Shown here one piece after another: positions 61,170 to 64,000 of a DNA stretch of 64,000 nt. How positions within the stretch are numbered: position 1 is the first letter of the stretch; each line of letters begins with the position of its first letter. Location of the stretch: positions 21,452,001 to 21,516,000 of the forward strand of contig NC_043002.1 in NCBI RefSeq assembly GCF_006345805.1, written 5' to 3'. The position numbers and the translations under genes were made by a program. The DNA comes from Octopus sinensis (taxonomy: Eukaryota). The notes under the pieces are model-generated. The model was not told the origin of the DNA and searched no databases. It saw only the letters and a list, made by a program, of their open reading frames with translations.

Positions 61170-61390
61170 TATCTTGCAATATCCCATAATATTCAATATT
61201 TACTACAATATTTCATAATATTCTATATTTACTGCAATATCTCTTAATATAGTGTATTTATTGCTATATACCATAATATACTGCTTTTTCTTGCAATATC
61301 CCATAATATACTGCTTTCTCTGCCATATTCCATGATATATTGTATTTCCTGCAATACCATAATGTAGTTGTTTATTTCAGAATATCTGAT
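61170..61390. repeat. Degenerate ~30-bp tandem repeat (gcaatatcccataatat...)
   Basis: About 7 diverged units. Confidence 0.75.
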
Positions 61391-62984
61391 GGTATGCAAC
61401 ATTTAATATCCGTTAAGCTCATAATTTAACACCTCTCAGTTGCAGTGTTTCATAGCTTGGTAGTAAAAACAAAAACAAAGAGAAAACTGCTTTTACCCCC
61501 AATGATAACTGTAGTTAAAAGGAAGCCTGTTGTTGGAAGAGTTAACTAATATTATTACCAAGCACATGATAAAAGGGAATCCAATAACCCACTTTTCAGC
61601 AATAAAGTAATGATTTTTTTAAGAGTTACGGGTATGTCTCTTTCCTCTGCCCATTCTTAGACACATTCCTCAGGCAAGAAAGCATTGCCTCTTGTAACTT
61701 TCCGCTTTTATTTTTTCTTGTTTTTTCTTGAGCTGACTGATGTTCAGTGATTCTTTCTGGTTAGACATGCTATCAGAAGTCATCATCATCTTCATGTTTT
61801 AATGTCCAATTCCTATGCTTGTATGAGTTGGACAGTTTGACAGGATCCAACTTGTCTTGAGGACTGCATTATGCTCCAGTGTTTGCTTTGACATGTTTTT
61901 TTTTTGTATGACACTGGATGCTCTTATGTGGCTCCGGCACTAGTGAGGTTACTCTTATGTGGCTCCAGCACTAGTGTGGTCTCCTCTGAGTGAGCAGGGC
62001 AAGAGTAGAGAGGGAAGTGGCATTATAGTAAAATACGAGATGTTAAAGTAAGTTAAATTTTTCTACAAGATCTAAGTCTCCCAAGTTGTCGTCCATCTAA
62101 GTACTATCTTCGCTTGACAGTATTTAATGCCAAGGGTTGAATGAGAACTGGAGTTTTTAGTGTGACATTACTGTTTCAGTTCTGTTTAGTATCTCTGTCA
62201 CTGTATTCTGTAGTTTGGTAAATCTGTTAAGGAAATCTCTGTTTTTACGCACATTAGCTCTGTTTGTCCAATCTATGATAAAGCTGTTATCATCCAGTTT
62301 TTTTTTTATTTGCACATAGTGTATCTAGGACTACATTACCCAATATTTTATTCCTTTTTAATGTAGGAGAGTATTTTTTCTCAGACTGGTTGACTATAAA
62401 GTTTCCTTTGTCGGTTCATTACCTTAAGTAAAAGATTGTGTTAAGATTTTAAAAGCTGTTACAGACATGAACTTTTTTTTTATCTTCATTTGTATTAATG
62501 GCTAGCAAAGATCTATAGTGGATTTTATAAACAGAGTACAAGAAAGCCAAGATCTAGCTGTTATTACATTGCAGCTTGGAAATGGAAACTCCAGTTATTG
62601 GTAGATTGGTTACATGACCTATGACATTATAGGATCATGTTGCCAGGGAAGATAAACCTGTTTTCATTTTCTTTCATTTCCTTACCACTTCTTTCATCAA
62701 CATTTAGTTTCTCTCTCTTTCCTCTGTCTCTGTTTTTTGTTTTTTTTTTGAAATCCCCCTTTTCTCCATTGTTCTCTTCTTTTGGTCTCTTTCTCTTACT
62801 CTCTGTCTTTTCTTTGCAGCTTTCTGTTTCTCCTTTTATTTTTTTCTTATTCGTCTCTCTTTGTGTCCCCCACAAGTGTCTTTTCCTATTGTCTCTTCTT
62901 TCACCTTTGTCTTTCTCTTTTTTATCTCCTTCTGTACTTCTGTATCATCCCTCTGTCTTTCTTGTCTTTATTTGCCTTCCTTGT

Positions 62985-63285
62985 CATCATCATCATCGTT
63001 TAACGTCTGCTTTCCATGCTAGCATGGGTTGGACGATTTTGACTGAGGGCTGTTGAACCAGATGGCTGCACCAGGCTCCAATCTTGATCTGGCAGAGTTT
63101 CTACAGCTGGATGCCCTTCTAACGCCAACCACTCCGAGAGTGTAGTGGGTGCTTTTTACGTGCCACCGGCATGGGGGCCAGTCAGGCAGTACTGGCAACG
63201 ACCTTGCCCGAGTCTTTTTACACGTGCCACTGGCACAGGTGCCAGTGAAGTGACATTGGTAACGATCACGCTCGAATGGTGCCCC
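62985..63285 (-). mobile_element. RTE-type LINE 3' end (family A)
   Basis: Conserved family A sequence. Confidence 0.85.
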
Positions 63286-63429
63286 ATTCATTCTTTGTCT
63301 CCTCAAAAGTTGTGGTCAAGATCATAATTGCTGAGCTTTCACACACATTCTAATTGTAAATAACAAAATGAAAAATATAAGAAAAAAGAGAAAAATTGAG
63401 GAGAGAAAAAATTTAAATGAAAGTTAAAC

Positions 63430-63960
63430 GAATGAATACAGATGACATGTATTGAGATGGATGAAACTGTATAAAAATTGAAGCATTATGAATGTTAGAT
63501 GAAACTGCATAAAAATGGATGAAAATTCAATAAAAATTAATGCAAAGTGGATAAAAATTGATGAAAATTAGATGAAACAGATGAAACTGCATGACAACAG
63601 ATGAAACTGTATAAAAATTGATGAAAGGCTGATGAAACATGGCTGAAACTATGAGAATGGATGAAACTGTATAAAAATTGACCATATTATATAAATGGTT
63701 GAAAATTGGATAAAAATTAATGTAATGAAAGCTAGATAAAAATTGACAATAATTAGATGAAACATAGATGAAACTGCTTGGAAATGGATGAAACTTTAAA
63801 AATTGATGAAAATTGGAAGAAAACAGGAAAATTAATAGAAATGAATGCAAGCAGGAAAATTTATAGAAAAATTAATGATATGAAGATAAATTGATTAAAA
63901 CAAGCAAATAGACAGACATAAATTGATGAAAATGAATGAGATGAAATAGATGAACCAGAA
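63430..63960. repeat. Degenerate purine-rich minisatellite (gatgaaactg...aaaaatt, variable unit length)
   Basis: Many recurring gatgaaa / ataaaaattg motifs. Confidence 0.85.
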
Positions 63961-64000
63961 ATATGATTGGATAGAAAAAAATGAAGATTCAGTGTGTGTG

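Overview
AT-rich, repeat-saturated animal genomic DNA. The SINE/LINE families and the extreme microsatellite load resemble an octopus (coleoid cephalopod) genome; this is recalled family resemblance, not a database result. There is no complete gene, rRNA, true tRNA gene or CRISPR array, and almost all ORF-track entries are microsatellite or repeat translations. The only credible coding signal is a 104-nt candidate internal exon (51166-51269, +). The window holds many tRNA-derived SINEs, 5'-truncated RTE-LINE 3' ends, decayed R4/Dong-type and Jockey/CR1-type LINEs, Mariner, hAT and piggyBac-like remnants, several Penelope-like (GIY-YIG) fragments, three long fold-back inverted repeats, a 15-copy ~207-bp satellite and several minisatellites. 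The most striking signal is a set of Penelope-associated hammerhead ribozyme (HHR) motifs. One is apparently fully intact with an unusually long stem II (9956-10056, +), directly behind a decayed GIY-YIG domain. Degenerate or partial copies lie at 3318, 16994, 17405, 44603 and 49661, and a collapsed HHR-core-like relic is present in every unit of the adjacent satellite. Coordinates of decayed elements are approximate.
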